From an archaeon (GTDB lineage Archaea; Asgardarchaeota; Thorarchaeia; Thorarchaeales; Thorarchaeaceae), in NCBI GenBank assembly GCA_024276825.1, contig JAJRWI010000010.1, forward strand, positions 64,001 to 128,000: DNA of 64,000 nucleotides. Direction: 5' to 3'. Shown here piece by piece: positions 29,443 to 39,861 of this stretch. Position 1 is the stretch's first letter; every line of letters starts with the position of its first letter. Made by a program: the position numbers and the translations under genes. The notes under the pieces were generated by a model. The model did no database searches. It had not been told where the DNA came from and saw only the letters and a list, made by a program, of their open reading frames with translations.

Positions 29443-29667
29443 ATGAAAGTAGTAACAATCTGCCTCCCAGAGTCCTATCTTGAGGGTCTTGACAAGCTCA
29501 TAGACCAGAGTAAGTATCCTAACAGATCAGAGATCATTCGGATTGCAATACGTGATTTATTGGTCGATGAGTTGTGGGGTGAGAGAAGAAAGACTGATGG
29601 CGTGCCACTAATTGCACGAGTGAAAGACATCAGAGTTCCACAGCAAATGAATGGTGAGGTTTCCTGA
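29443..29667 (+). CDS. Ribbon-helix-helix (CopG/CdrS-like) transcription factor
   Basis: MKVVTICLP...LD.LI....YPNRSEIIRIAIRDLL. Confidence 0.88.
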   Translation: MKVVTICLPESYLEGLDKLIDQSKYPNRSEIIRIAIRDLLVDELWGERRKTDGVPLIARVKDIRVPQQMNGEVS

Positions 29668-29809
29668 AATATCTCCGAATTATCTTTTTAATGAATTAGC
29701 ACAATACATAGTGCGTAAGAATCCCCAGTCTGCATGAGTACAATGCATCAAGTACATAAGTTAATGACGGGGAATACATATAGCTGAACAGATAGGAGAT
29801 TGAAACCAA

Positions 29810-30394
29810 ATGGTGATTAGAAGAATATTCGGTCGCAAGAAGAAAGACGAGGATGAAACTGAAGAGGTTGAAACTGAAACTGAAGCCGTTGAGATTGAAG
29901 AGGAGCCTGAGGCTGAAGTTGAGGCGGAGGCGGCAGTCGAAGAACCTGAGCAGGTTGAAGAAGAGGTTGTGGAAGAACCTGTGCCAGAACCTACCGGATA
30001 CATCCCATATCATGACTCGATCATTGACAGGTTGAAATACATGTTCAGCGCAGACATGGCTGTTGGTGTTCAGGGACCAGATGAATTCAGGCTGGAGTTT
30101 ATGGCTATGGGAGAGAGATTTCATGTCGCAAAGCCAGCAAACGGGGATGTTGAAGTAAAATTGGGGACCGTATCAGATGAGGATGTGTTCATCAGAATTG
30201 GTGACGATGCAGTGCGCGAGTTACTTTCTGCATCAACATTCTCAGAGTTCTCTAATATCTATTTGAGGTATTACAAGAACCCGGAAGCAGGCAAGTTTGT
30301 GAAGATCGAACTCAGAAAGGATGTTAGCAACCTTAATAGGAGAGGTTATGCCAGAGTACCCTTGCTGAAGCTGCTCATTGGTACAGCTCGGTAG
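29810..30394 (+). CDS. Hypothetical protein: basic N-terminus, Glu-rich linker, SCP2-like C-terminal domain
   Basis: RRIFGRKKK, then about 50 aa that are E-rich, then a beta-rich domain (GERFHV...VEVKLG...DVFIRI). GGAG RBS. Confidence 0.65.
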   Translation: MVIRRIFGRKKKDEDETEEVETETEAVEIEEEPEAEVEAEAAVEEPEQVEEEVVEEPVPEPTGYIPYHDSIIDRLKYMFSADMAVGVQGPDEFRLEFMAMGERFHVAKPANGDVEVKLGTVSDEDVFIRIGDDAVRELLSASTFSEFSNIYLRYYKNPEAGKFVKIELRKDVSNLNRRGYARVPLLKLLIGTAR

Positions 30395-31090
<696 letters not shown>

Positions 31091-31100
31091 TTGTCAAACG

Positions 31101-31132
31101 CACGAGTGACTGATTTCCTGTAGTCACTCGTG
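31101..31132 (+). terminator. Inverted repeat after tpiA
   Basis: CACGAGTGACT-N10-AGTCACTCGTG with downstream T runs. Confidence 0.5.
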
Positions 31133-31201
31133 GACTCTATTTTGTAGTCATTCCGCTACCTTTTTTCATGACAGATTGACAAGACTCTAGAGGACAGAAC
31201 A

Positions 31202-32080
31202 TTGAAAGTGACCCTTCATTGTGCACATTGCTTACTTGAACGTGCCATCAATCAGGTGAAACTTGCAACCGATGATCAAGAGCTGCAGATGACAGTGATT
31301 TCTGCAATGCTGGATTTTCTTTCTAAGAATTTCAATGAGGACTCTGTCCCCAGCTATATAGGCACTGACAGGGACCTTCTAGTTCAGAGAATGACTGGAA
31401 AGGACCCCTATGCTGAACTGAAAAAGATGTCTAATAGGATGGCATTGAAAATATTGCCCGAATTGGAAAGACTGGTGGATGAGTTTGATGAGAAGGACAG
31501 CAGGTTTAGAAGGGCAACCCTTGTTGCAGCTGCTGCAAATGCCATCGAGTTTGATGTGTCTGGAAGAGAGTTTGACCTTGATGAACTGAGGACCATTATC
31601 AAGAATGTGGAGTCGGACTTGGCAGTGGATCAGATTGCTGAATTTAGAGAGCTTTGCAAAAAGTCTGATCAGGTGCTCTATCTCATGGATAACGCTGGAG
31701 AGATTGTCCTAGATATGATATTAATACGCGAGATTAAGAGACTTGGCCCCATGGTAATTGCTGTTGTTCGTGGGGGACCTGTATTGAACGATGCAACAAT
31801 GAGGGATGCCATTGATGTAGGACTTGACAAATGTGCAGATGAAGTGATAGACACTGGAGCCCCGCTGATTGGAGTTCATCCCGAGAGGGTTTCCAAAGAG
31901 TTCTTGCAGGTGTTTGAGGATGCAAAAATGATTGTTGCAAAGGGCATGGGTAATTATGAGTCATTAACAGAATTAGAGCCAAAATGCCCAATTGTGCATA
32001 TTCTTCGGACAAAATGCGAACCAGTTGCACAGCATGTAGGGGTTGAACGCAATAAGAATGTGATACTCATTAGAAAATAG
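31202..32080 (+). CDS. DUF89/ARMT1-like damage-control phosphatase
   Basis: CAHC, DPY..LK, DNAGE, LNDAT, KGMGNYESL and KC. Confidence 0.9.
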   Translation: MKVTLHCAHCLLERAINQVKLATDDQELQMTVISAMLDFLSKNFNEDSVPSYIGTDRDLLVQRMTGKDPYAELKKMSNRMALKILPELERLVDEFDEKDSRFRRATLVAAAANAIEFDVSGREFDLDELRTIIKNVESDLAVDQIAEFRELCKKSDQVLYLMDNAGEIVLDMILIREIKRLGPMVIAVVRGGPVLNDATMRDAIDVGLDKCADEVIDTGAPLIGVHPERVSKEFLQVFEDAKMIVAKGMGNYESLTELEPKCPIVHILRTKCEPVAQHVGVERNKNVILIRK

Positions 32081-32092
32081 CAGGCTTCAAAA

Positions 32093-32965
32093 TCACATCT
32101 TCCGTTGATATGTAAGTGATTTGTAATAATTGGTACTCTCTACAAAATCAATCTTGAGGTCTGGAAACTCAAGTGACAGATGATGTCGCAGAAGCCTCAT
32201 TCCTGGGTCGACAGTGACAAATGCACCGAGTTCAAGAGTGTTAAGCCCCTCCTCATGTGCCATCAGTCTGATTGCTGGTGCCAGTTCGCCAGTGACTATT
32301 GTTTCGATACTCTGTCTTTTTGCTGAGATGATCTCATACATGTCAATCTGTGAGCCGGGTATAACAAGAATGAGCGAAACATCTTGATCGAAGTCGCCAT
32401 TGAATAGAATTGACTCAAGGTTCATCTTATCAGCAATATAGCTGGCTAGTCGTGAGTGATTCATGTCGGACTTGGGCTTGCAGACCCTTCCAGCAGGGAC
32501 AATCTCATTGAAATCGCCAGGGACCATGAAATCGAACTGGGGTTCAAGTTGAAGTAGATTAACAAGAGCATCAGCTAGACCATCCTTTGCACCTATGTAT
32601 GCACTTCCAAGCACATAGCTTGAGATATAGTTCTTTGTAAGAAGTCTGACGCGTATCAGGTCAAGCCCAGTGATTCTATCAATGGCATAGGGAAATAAAG
32701 GCCAGTGGGTGATAAGGAGGTTTGTTCTTTCTTGAGTTGCTTTGGTGACTATTCTGCCAGAAGGATAAGTAGAAATAAGGACCCTGTTAATAGTGGTCTT
32801 GCCCATCTCACCGATACCCTGTGGGCCAATCTCAACTCTGCTCTCATGACCACCGAATGCCATATCACGTGGTGCAATGGTTTCAAGATACTTCACTATC
32901 TTTTCAAGAGTTGGCATAATCTCACCTGAGTAGAACGGAATGTTCGACTCAAATATACGGAACAT
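32093..32965 (-). CDS. NIF3/DUF34-like protein with degenerate metal ligands
   Basis: The fold pattern is present (LETIAP, LLITH.P, GRV, PGS, VTGE), but the HH, HxxLD and GH..E ligands are altered. The start is probably MPTL. Confidence 0.72.
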   Translation of the reverse strand: MFRIFESNIPFYSGEIMPTLEKIVKYLETIAPRDMAFGGHESRVEIGPQGIGEMGKTTINRVLISTYPSGRIVTKATQERTNLLITHWPLFPYAIDRITGLDLIRVRLLTKNYISSYVLGSAYIGAKDGLADALVNLLQLEPQFDFMVPGDFNEIVPAGRVCKPKSDMNHSRLASYIADKMNLESILFNGDFDQDVSLILVIPGSQIDMYEIISAKRQSIETIVTGELAPAIRLMAHEEGLNTLELGAFVTVDPGMRLLRHHLSLEFPDLKIDFVESTNYYKSLTYQRKM

Positions 32966-32988
32966 TCCAGTTCATCAGTGTTTCGCAA

Positions 32989-35415
32989 CTAAGACTTGAA
33001 CTTCTTCATTAGCACAATTACTACTGCCACAAAGCCAACTGCAATGCCAATACCTGCAGGAACTAGTGGATCAACCGTTAGGCCGCCTCCGCCGGTATAG
33101 CCCACAATATGACTGCCCTCAATAATATAGGTATGACCAAAGTCATCTACAAGGTATATGGTAAAGGTGATGTTTGTCCCAGCTGTCATGCCGTTGAGCC
33201 TATATCCCCAACCATCACCATAGTTTTCCATATTAACAACCTGTATTGTGTCCGCATCATTCAGTCTGTAATGAATCTTTACCGATGAAACATAGGCCAT
33301 GTCTGTTGAGCCCCTAAGTAACTTGATTGTGACTCTAATCCCATCGTCGCGTAATTCCTCAGTCACATTGACTGCAGAGATAAGACCACTGACATGCAGC
33401 CAGACCGGACGTGGTTGGTAAGTTGTATTGAAATCATGAAGGTTGAAGACAATCTTGGTATAACCAAAGTCTAAGGCGGTGATGTTGAACTCCATAACCT
33501 GAGATGTGTGGGGGGCTGCCTCAATAATCAGTGAGGGGCGGTCAAACACCAGACTAGTGCCAATGTATATGGTCAGGTTTGCCTTCACACCATAACTCAA
33601 TTCATTTGTAACATTGAGTTTTAGTGTGACGGTTGAGCCTGATTCAATAAGCCCGAGATCAGGGTTCATAATAGCGATGTCGAATCCCAATATGAGCTCG
33701 GACTCAGCATTCTGAGCCAATTCAATTGCCCGTGACGGGTTCCACCAGTCCATTGCATTCTGAGCTTCCGCAAGGTAAGTCTTTGCAAGTTCAATACTCT
33801 TGCCCGATGATTCTAGAGCATCTATCTGACTCTGAACAGTTGAGATTAATGACTCAGCCTGATCCCACAGTTCCAGATATCTATCAACCCAGACACTATC
33901 GCCAAAGACCAGTTTATTGTAGAGGTCCACAACCACATTTCTTCGATTTCTGATGGCATCCATAATGTCCTCTGCGGATATCTTACCATCAGGACCCGTT
34001 GGGGATTTCACAAAGAACACATTTCTGAAATTACCAAGAATCTTGGCATTGTGTGTATCACTGGCTATGTCAAATGACCAGAAATAGGCCTGTTCTCCAA
34101 GACCATGGAAGAAGCCCATATTATCAACTTCAAAAGCATCATAGCCATAGTCCTCAAATTTTTCCCAGACAGCAGCATATTTGCTTGCGAGAGTCGGATG
34201 ACAGAGTATTGCTATGCCACCTTGTGCATGTATTCCATCTACAGCCTCTTGTGTACTCGTCGCGTAGATCTGTTCTGTGAGCGGAAATCCCACAGTATGA
34301 GGAATAGCGGAGAGTTCGGCCCCAACAAAGACCTCACAGTCTAAATCATATTTGTCCTGAATCGCATTTGCCGCAATAGCCCCGTATATGCCATTCTTTG
34401 CGGGCTTGTCATAAGAATGATCAGTAATGACAAAGAAGTCTGCAGCAGTTTCAACAGCGCGGGTAATCATCTCAAATGCAGTGTTTTGGCCATCGCTGTA
34501 TGTTGTGTGGTCATGGATATAACCAGTGAACACCTTATAATCGGCAAGCTCACTCTCATTCAAGTCGGGACCAGGTCGGATTTTGATTACTGCCTTTCCG
34601 CTGGTATCAACTTCCCGGGGTGAGTTCCCAGATAACCAATCGATGACATCTAATGAGAACTGGGCATGATCATCAGGGTCAACAAGGTTAGATATTCTAC
34701 TTCGAAGTTGCATGAAAGGCCCCGCAGAACCAACAGCAACTACTCGTCCACTACCGGAGGTGGCATATGCGACAAAATCACTACCCTTGATTGTGACCAA
34801 TGATGTAGCAGGGCTTGAAACTGTTAATGAGCATCCTTTTAGATCGTCGTTGGTACTATACATTGATTCGACACTATATGTCAGATTATGGTCGGCAATC
34901 TCGCCATTGCTCCTTCTTGCAATACCATTAAGGGCATCAGAATTGAACGTTATGCCATAACCCTCAGAGAGGGGATTCAGATTAACTGCGCTATATCCCC
35001 AAGACTGGGGGTTATTATCAACGCCTACCAGTAATAATCCACCGCCGTTGCTTACAAAATTCTGAATCGCAGTTATTTCGGTGGCGTTGAGAGGTGCCAT
35101 TGGGAAAAATAGGCAAAGCACATCGTATGAGTCAAGAATTCCACTATCCAAAGACTCGAACCAGTTTGTAGAAACATTATACCCATGTTTGGCCAATAAC
35201 CAACCAAATAGGGATGCATTGCCAGGGGTCCACATCTCAGAGGCATTCCTAGTGTGATATTCATCAACTAGAACATTTGCACTGACAAAAGTCTGTGCAA
35301 TGGTTGATTCAACAGGTTTTGGATTAGCACTCGGTTCGACATTTCCAAAGGGGACAGTCATTATGATTAAGAGTGCTAAAATGATAAAGGATGCTTTACG
35401 AAACATATTGGTCAC
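32989..35415 (-). CDS. Surface-anchored protein: GIFT/DUF4350-like domain, PHP hydrolase and Ig-like domains
   Basis: Signal peptide, VDEYH...FVSNGGGLLL...GRVVAVG, PHP motifs HDHT.YSDG/TDH/E/HP/SDTH, and a C-terminal TM followed by KK. Confidence 0.78.
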   Translation of the reverse strand: MTNMFRKASFIILALLIIMTVPFGNVEPSANPKPVESTIAQTFVSANVLVDEYHTRNASEMWTPGNASLFGWLLAKHGYNVSTNWFESLDSGILDSYDVLCLFFPMAPLNATEITAIQNFVSNGGGLLLVGVDNNPQSWGYSAVNLNPLSEGYGITFNSDALNGIARRSNGEIADHNLTYSVESMYSTNDDLKGCSLTVSSPATSLVTIKGSDFVAYATSGSGRVVAVGSAGPFMQLRSRISNLVDPDDHAQFSLDVIDWLSGNSPREVDTSGKAVIKIRPGPDLNESELADYKVFTGYIHDHTTYSDGQNTAFEMITRAVETAADFFVITDHSYDKPAKNGIYGAIAANAIQDKYDLDCEVFVGAELSAIPHTVGFPLTEQIYATSTQEAVDGIHAQGGIAILCHPTLASKYAAVWEKFEDYGYDAFEVDNMGFFHGLGEQAYFWSFDIASDTHNAKILGNFRNVFFVKSPTGPDGKISAEDIMDAIRNRRNVVVDLYNKLVFGDSVWVDRYLELWDQAESLISTVQSQIDALESSGKSIELAKTYLAEAQNAMDWWNPSRAIELAQNAESELILGFDIAIMNPDLGLIESGSTVTLKLNVTNELSYGVKANLTIYIGTSLVFDRPSLIIEAAPHTSQVMEFNITALDFGYTKIVFNLHDFNTTYQPRPVWLHVSGLISAVNVTEELRDDGIRVTIKLLRGSTDMAYVSSVKIHYRLNDADTIQVVNMENYGDGWGYRLNGMTAGTNITFTIYLVDDFGHTYIIEGSHIVGYTGGGGLTVDPLVPAGIGIAVGFVAVVIVLMKKFKS

Positions 35416-35516
35416 ATTAAGGAGAGTATCTCAACTCTCGTATAAATATTAATCTTAGTGAAAAAAAGTTCCTATGAAATGCATCAAATAAAGACGCATT
35501 TCATAAATCAGCAGAT

Positions 35517-35807
35517 CTATTCCTCTTCAATATCTTCATCGAATGAGTATAGCTCTTCAATGTCCTCATCAATCACTTCTAGTTCAGGCTCTTCAACTTT
35601 CTTGGGTTTCTTTTCCTTCTCCTTCTTGCCTCTCTTTTTCTCCTCAGATTTTGACTCGACAGGAGTATAGCGCTTTTTCATCAACTTCCAGAAGGAGGTT
35701 CTGGTCTTTTGCTTCCTACGAATAAGTCTGTAGTCAATCTGCTGGGGGTTCTGGGTTCGCATCAGTCTTCTTCTTTCTCGAATAAGAGACTTCATTGTCT
35801 TTGCCAT
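35517..35807 (-). CDS. Hypothetical charge-polarised protein
   Basis: Arg/Lys-rich N-terminal two thirds and an Asp/Glu-rich C-terminus. Confidence 0.55.
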   Translation of the reverse strand: MAKTMKSLIRERRRLMRTQNPQQIDYRLIRRKQKTRTSFWKLMKKRYTPVESKSEEKKRGKKEKEKKPKKVEEPELEVIDEDIEELYSFDEDIEEE

Positions 35808-35915
35808 TGTCAGATCGCCGCACTCTGTTTTCTGAGTTCTCACGGGTCAGTTCTTTTATAACTGTGACGGCAAAGTATTGCAAGACTTAATCAGTGAACA
35901 TGAGATAATGTCAGT

Positions 35916-36461
35916 GTGGATGGATCTGGAGTGACTGCGGATTCTGAAGATAATGAGATGATCATTAGGGTTAGACTGGACAGAGCAATAGTAGACAGGA
36001 TTGACAAGATGGTAGGAAAAAGCAGGAGAAATCAGTTCGTATTAGAAGCAGTCCTTTGGCGATTGGACCTGCAAGAACCATTGTCCATACCGCCCACAGT
36101 AGCAGGCCTTATGAGTGAATTAGAGGAGCTAAGGAGGAGGGTTGAATATCTTGAAACCCTCCATTCGTCAAGTGTCTACGATGCACAGTTGAGCCAGACC
36201 ATAAAGACAAAGGTATGTCGTGATAGCCTTGATGTGCAGCTCTTGACTCATCTCTTGAGGAATAACGGATCAACTACTAATGAGCTTGCTCATGCTGTTG
36301 GGAAAGAAGGCAAGCGCAGGACTATCTATGACCGACTAATGCGATTGAACGAACGGGCAATTGAAGTCTTTGGGGAACCAATCATTCATTTTGAGAGGGG
36401 GCGATATCAAGGCAAGAGCAATTCATGGTGGATCAAGAACATTTCACTCCTAACCGAGTGA
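35916..36461 (+). CDS. Putative DNA-binding protein (RHH, coiled coil, winged HTH)
   Basis: IRVRLD...ID.MVG..RRNQFV.EAV; ELEELRRRVEYLE; STTNELA...RRTIYDRL. Confidence 0.65.
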   Translation: MDGSGVTADSEDNEMIIRVRLDRAIVDRIDKMVGKSRRNQFVLEAVLWRLDLQEPLSIPPTVAGLMSELEELRRRVEYLETLHSSSVYDAQLSQTIKTKVCRDSLDVQLLTHLLRNNGSTTNELAHAVGKEGKRRTIYDRLMRLNERAIEVFGEPIIHFERGRYQGKSNSWWIKNISLLTE

Positions 36462-36502
36462 CTCAGAATAAACTATTAATTGGTAATGGGCTGTGCTGTC
36501 AT

Positions 36503-36580
36503 GGGGTCGTAGTCTAGCATGGATAAGGCGCCAGCCTCCGGAGTTGGTCTTCCCCGGTTCGAATCCGGGCGGCCCCGCCA
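36503..36580 (+). tRNA. tRNA-Arg(CCG)
   Basis: Cloverleaf GGGGTCG...CGGCCCC-G-CCA, anticodon CCG at 36538-36540, T-arm CCCGG-TTCGAAT-CCGGG. Confidence 0.96.
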
Positions 36581-36779
36581 CTTTCATACACCTATTCATG
36601 ATAATGAGAATCAATCATAACAGACTTATCGCATTTCACGTTCCATGAATAAATCAAATCTATTAGTTTTAAGAAAATAGGCTGAATTTTAAATTGTCGC
36701 ATCAGTATTAAGAAATCGAAAATTGTTAAAAAACTAATTGATATAATAGTTGCCTTATGGCAGGAGGCAAACTGGTAAA

Positions 36780-37286
36780 ATGCGCAAGGAAGTTGTAGTG
36801 GCATTATTGTTTATAGTACCAATTTCAATGTATGCACTTCCAGTAATGGCCAATATTACTGATCCTGGGCCAAGTTACTATGTTCCTAGTTCTATCCAAG
36901 AGATTGATGGTGTTTGGGATTCAACATCTCATGATGCCATCGAAACCCAAAGTGGTTTTAGCTATCGATGCGAGATTATTTTCTACTACACCATGGTTGA
37001 TACTTCAGCAGATGTTTACAAAATTGATATTGATTATGATGGTGAAGAACCAGGTTGGTTCTGGCAAATCGAGTCTCTCGAAATGCTATATCGATGGGGT
37101 TCAGGTGGTTCTTGGACTCACTTGGCATATTTTGATGTATCAACATATGACGGAAAAATGACCATAACTGACGCCACTTCATCAACGCTTCAAATTAGAA
37201 TCATAGGATGCATTGAATTCAACGACAACATTCAACACACATGGTATTTTGGTGCTGAACCACAACTATGGTTGTATTGGACTTGA
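36780..37286 (+). CDS. Secreted beta-rich hypothetical protein
   Basis: Signal-peptide-like MRKEVVVALLFIVPISMYALPVMA and a W/Y/D-rich mature part. Upstream GGAGG. Confidence 0.65.
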   Translation: MRKEVVVALLFIVPISMYALPVMANITDPGPSYYVPSSIQEIDGVWDSTSHDAIETQSGFSYRCEIIFYYTMVDTSADVYKIDIDYDGEEPGWFWQIESLEMLYRWGSGGSWTHLAYFDVSTYDGKMTITDATSSTLQIRIIGCIEFNDNIQHTWYFGAEPQLWLYWT

Positions 37287-37448
37287 TCAAATTATAGAGG
37301 TGCATCCCATACTATTCACAAATTCAATGCTTTCAAAATGGATGAGTAATGTAAAATCATTAAATGCATTTAATTGAAATTTTAGCAATAAACTAATATT
37401 TCAACGAAAAACATTGTTTGGTAAAATATATGCAAAGGAGACATACAA

Positions 37449-38387
37449 ATGGAGGAGAGCATGGGAGGTACACAATCTCTTATTAGAGTTGAAGAAGTTC
37501 ACAAGACTTTTGATGATATTAAAGCTCTTGATGGTATCTCACTGGAGATGAAGCCTTGTATTTTTGGGCTGGTAGGTCCAAATGGGGCAGGAAAGACAAC
37601 ACTCTTGAGAATTCTTCTTGGGCTCATCAAGCCAGATAAGGGCAAGGCACAGGTGCTCGGTCATGATGTGACAGATCGTTTGCGTCCATTCCTTATGCGA
37701 ATTAGAGTTCTTCATGAGAGACCATATTTTCCACCACTGATGACACCCATCAAATACCTTGAACATGTTGGACACCTTTATGGAGCAAAAATTGACCCAC
37801 GAGAGTTGCTTTCAGAAGTGGACCTGCTACATGTTGCTAATCGAAGAATTGGAAAATTCTCTGCCGGAATGTATCGGCGCTTGGGAATCGCGCAGACTCT
37901 TGTTGGAGATCCAGAGCTTGTATTTCTGGACGAGCCAACAGCAAACCTTGACGTTGATGGCCGCGATATAATGATACGCAAAATTATTCAGCTACACATG
38001 AATAGAGGGATATCATTTTTCATTTAATCACATATATTGTCCGAGCTCGAACGTTTTTGTCATCAAATAGCATTTATCAGAAAAGGGCGAGTATTGGATA
38101 AAGGCACTGTAAAGGAACTCATTGATAAATATACAAAAAATCGGTACAAACTGTTCTGTTCAGATCCAGTAAGGTTACTGCATATAATGAAGAATAGTCT
38201 TGACCGGTTTATAAAAGGGTTTATTGAGGGGGCTTCATCAATTGTTATAGAAGCTGACTACGGTGATGTGTCGCTTCTTCTTAAAGAAATAGAGTGTATT
38301 ATAGAGCCATCAGAAGTGGAATTATACTCAGTTGAGCCTGCATGGAGCTTAGAAGATGCATATAGGGGGATGACTTCTCATGAGTAA
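37449..38387 (+). pseudogene. ABC-2-type exporter ATPase interrupted by an in-frame TAA
   Basis: GPNGAGKTT, FSAGM and LDEPT, then FFI*SHILSE (TAA 38025-38027 where Ser/TCA is expected). The downstream ORF 38037-38387 is in the same frame. Confidence 0.85.
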
Positions 38388-39234
38388 ATTGAGGAGTAAT
38401 AAGCCACGATACAGAGATTTGATTCTGTTTGAACATGACACATCATTTCCATCACCCACACTTGGTCTGCTCGTTTCGGTTTTTCTGATTTTGGGATTCG
38501 CCGTAGTTTCAACTCCTGGGGTTATGATTCCATTTTCATCAGATGTATATATAGAAAGCACGCCAGACTGGAATGGAACAATTCAAGTAGGCATATTTGA
38601 AAATACTACTCGTGATGCACCCAACAATGTTTATGGTGCTGCGTTATTTAATGAGTACTATGGAGTCATTTTTTTTAGTGCCTTACTGATATCATTCATT
38701 TTTGCACAGGGATATAGCAATGGTCAATATAGAACTGTCTTGTCGTATCCTATCAGTCGTAGGAAGCTTCTCATGGCAAAGATAAGTGGTATTTATCTCA
38801 TTGTTACGATTTCATCAAACCTTTCAGCGCTTTTTGTTCTTGCATGCTATGTGCCTAGCAGCATTGAGATTGGTGTATTATTGATCATGTCATTATCACT
38901 ATGGACATCAGCGGCACTTGTGGTTGCATCATGCACTTTAGTTGCTGTTGTTACTAAGAGTGCACCACTTACTACAATCATTAGTCTTGGAATGTGGTTT
39001 GTTGCATTTTATAATTACACAACACCAGCCACAACGCCGATTCTAGAGGGTGTTAAGAATCTACTAATTCCATTGTATGCCATACTTAGACATACTACTT
39101 CATTGCGGATGTTTTCATATCTTCAATCGATTCCTACATTTACTGAGTGCATATTATCCATTATTTTGGCAGGTGTGTTTTCCATCATACTGTTTGTAAT
39201 GAGTGCATTCATTTTTGAGAGGACGGAAATCTAG
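38380..39234 (+). CDS. ABC-2 type transporter permease
   Basis: About 6 TM helices, G.YRTVLSYPISRRKLLMAK and C-terminal FERTEI. Confidence 0.85.
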   Translation: MSKLRSNKPRYRDLILFEHDTSFPSPTLGLLVSVFLILGFAVVSTPGVMIPFSSDVYIESTPDWNGTIQVGIFENTTRDAPNNVYGAALFNEYYGVIFFSALLISFIFAQGYSNGQYRTVLSYPISRRKLLMAKISGIYLIVTISSNLSALFVLACYVPSSIEIGVLLIMSLSLWTSAALVVASCTLVAVVTKSAPLTTIISLGMWFVAFYNYTTPATTPILEGVKNLLIPLYAILRHTTSLRMFSYLQSIPTFTECILSIILAGVFSIILFVMSAFIFERTEI

Positions 39235-39246
39235 GGAGGGAAAAAA

Positions 39247-39753
39247 ATGCATAGGTCGCTTTATGTCGTGGGGATTTTCATAGTCATTCTTTCTTTTCAA
39301 CCAGTGACTCTTGCTTATAGAGGATCTGACGTAGCAGAAAGGGAATACTATGGCCATTGGATACAATGCACTGAAAATCCCATTTTATATCTTCAAGTAC
39401 GAGAGGCTTCAAGTCCTGTTTCGGTGTATTTACTTCAATCTGCTGATGCAGAGCAGGCACTAGAGATGGGATCACTTGGTAATATCACGCCAGAGTTTGA
39501 ATTAGAAAATGTGACTTCATATTATGGTCCAATTGAGATTTCCAAGCCAGGTGTGTATGTCATATTCGTCACTACATGCTCAAAGATTCCATCATACTAT
39601 GATCTTCTTATTATATCATCAGTTCCAAATATGCGAGCATTCATTGTTGCGCTCATTGTACTTTGTTTAGGTGCTAGTTTTCACATAATGAAGCTCAGTA
39701 GAGAAGGGCGTATTACTATTAGATCCAGCAAAGCAAATAGCACCAATGATTGA
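39247..39753 (+). CDS. Membrane-anchored hypothetical protein
   Basis: N-terminal signal/TM, beta-rich core (PGVYVIFV) and C-terminal TM. GGAGG RBS. Confidence 0.6.
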   Translation: MHRSLYVVGIFIVILSFQPVTLAYRGSDVAEREYYGHWIQCTENPILYLQVREASSPVSVYLLQSADAEQALEMGSLGNITPEFELENVTSYYGPIEISKPGVYVIFVTTCSKIPSYYDLLIISSVPNMRAFIVALIVLCLGASFHIMKLSREGRITIRSSKANSTND

Positions 39754-39861
39754 TTATTTATTTAGTGAAAAGTATCGGCCATGATTAATGAGTCAATGTC
39801 ATATTCTTGAGATGCCACCACTAGCGAAGAGGATATAAGTCAAACATCGATTTCGCTTGAT

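Larger units (their letters stand above)
36581..39861. other. AT-rich accessory islet bracketed by two near-identical tRNA-Arg genes
   Basis: Visibly more AT-rich than the flanks. Holds four co-oriented genes and is bounded by a 75/78-nt direct repeat. No integrase. Confidence 0.6.

Noticed and set aside
29843-29990. GAA/GAG-rich tandem-repeat-like DNA
   Set aside because: It is explained by a Glu-rich low-complexity coding linker and has no discrete repeat unit.
38025-38027. Stop-codon recoding (Sec/Pyl) in the ABC ATPase
   Set aside because: The codon is TAA, not TGA or TAG, and it replaces an expected Ser (TCA). A point mutation or sequencing error is simpler.
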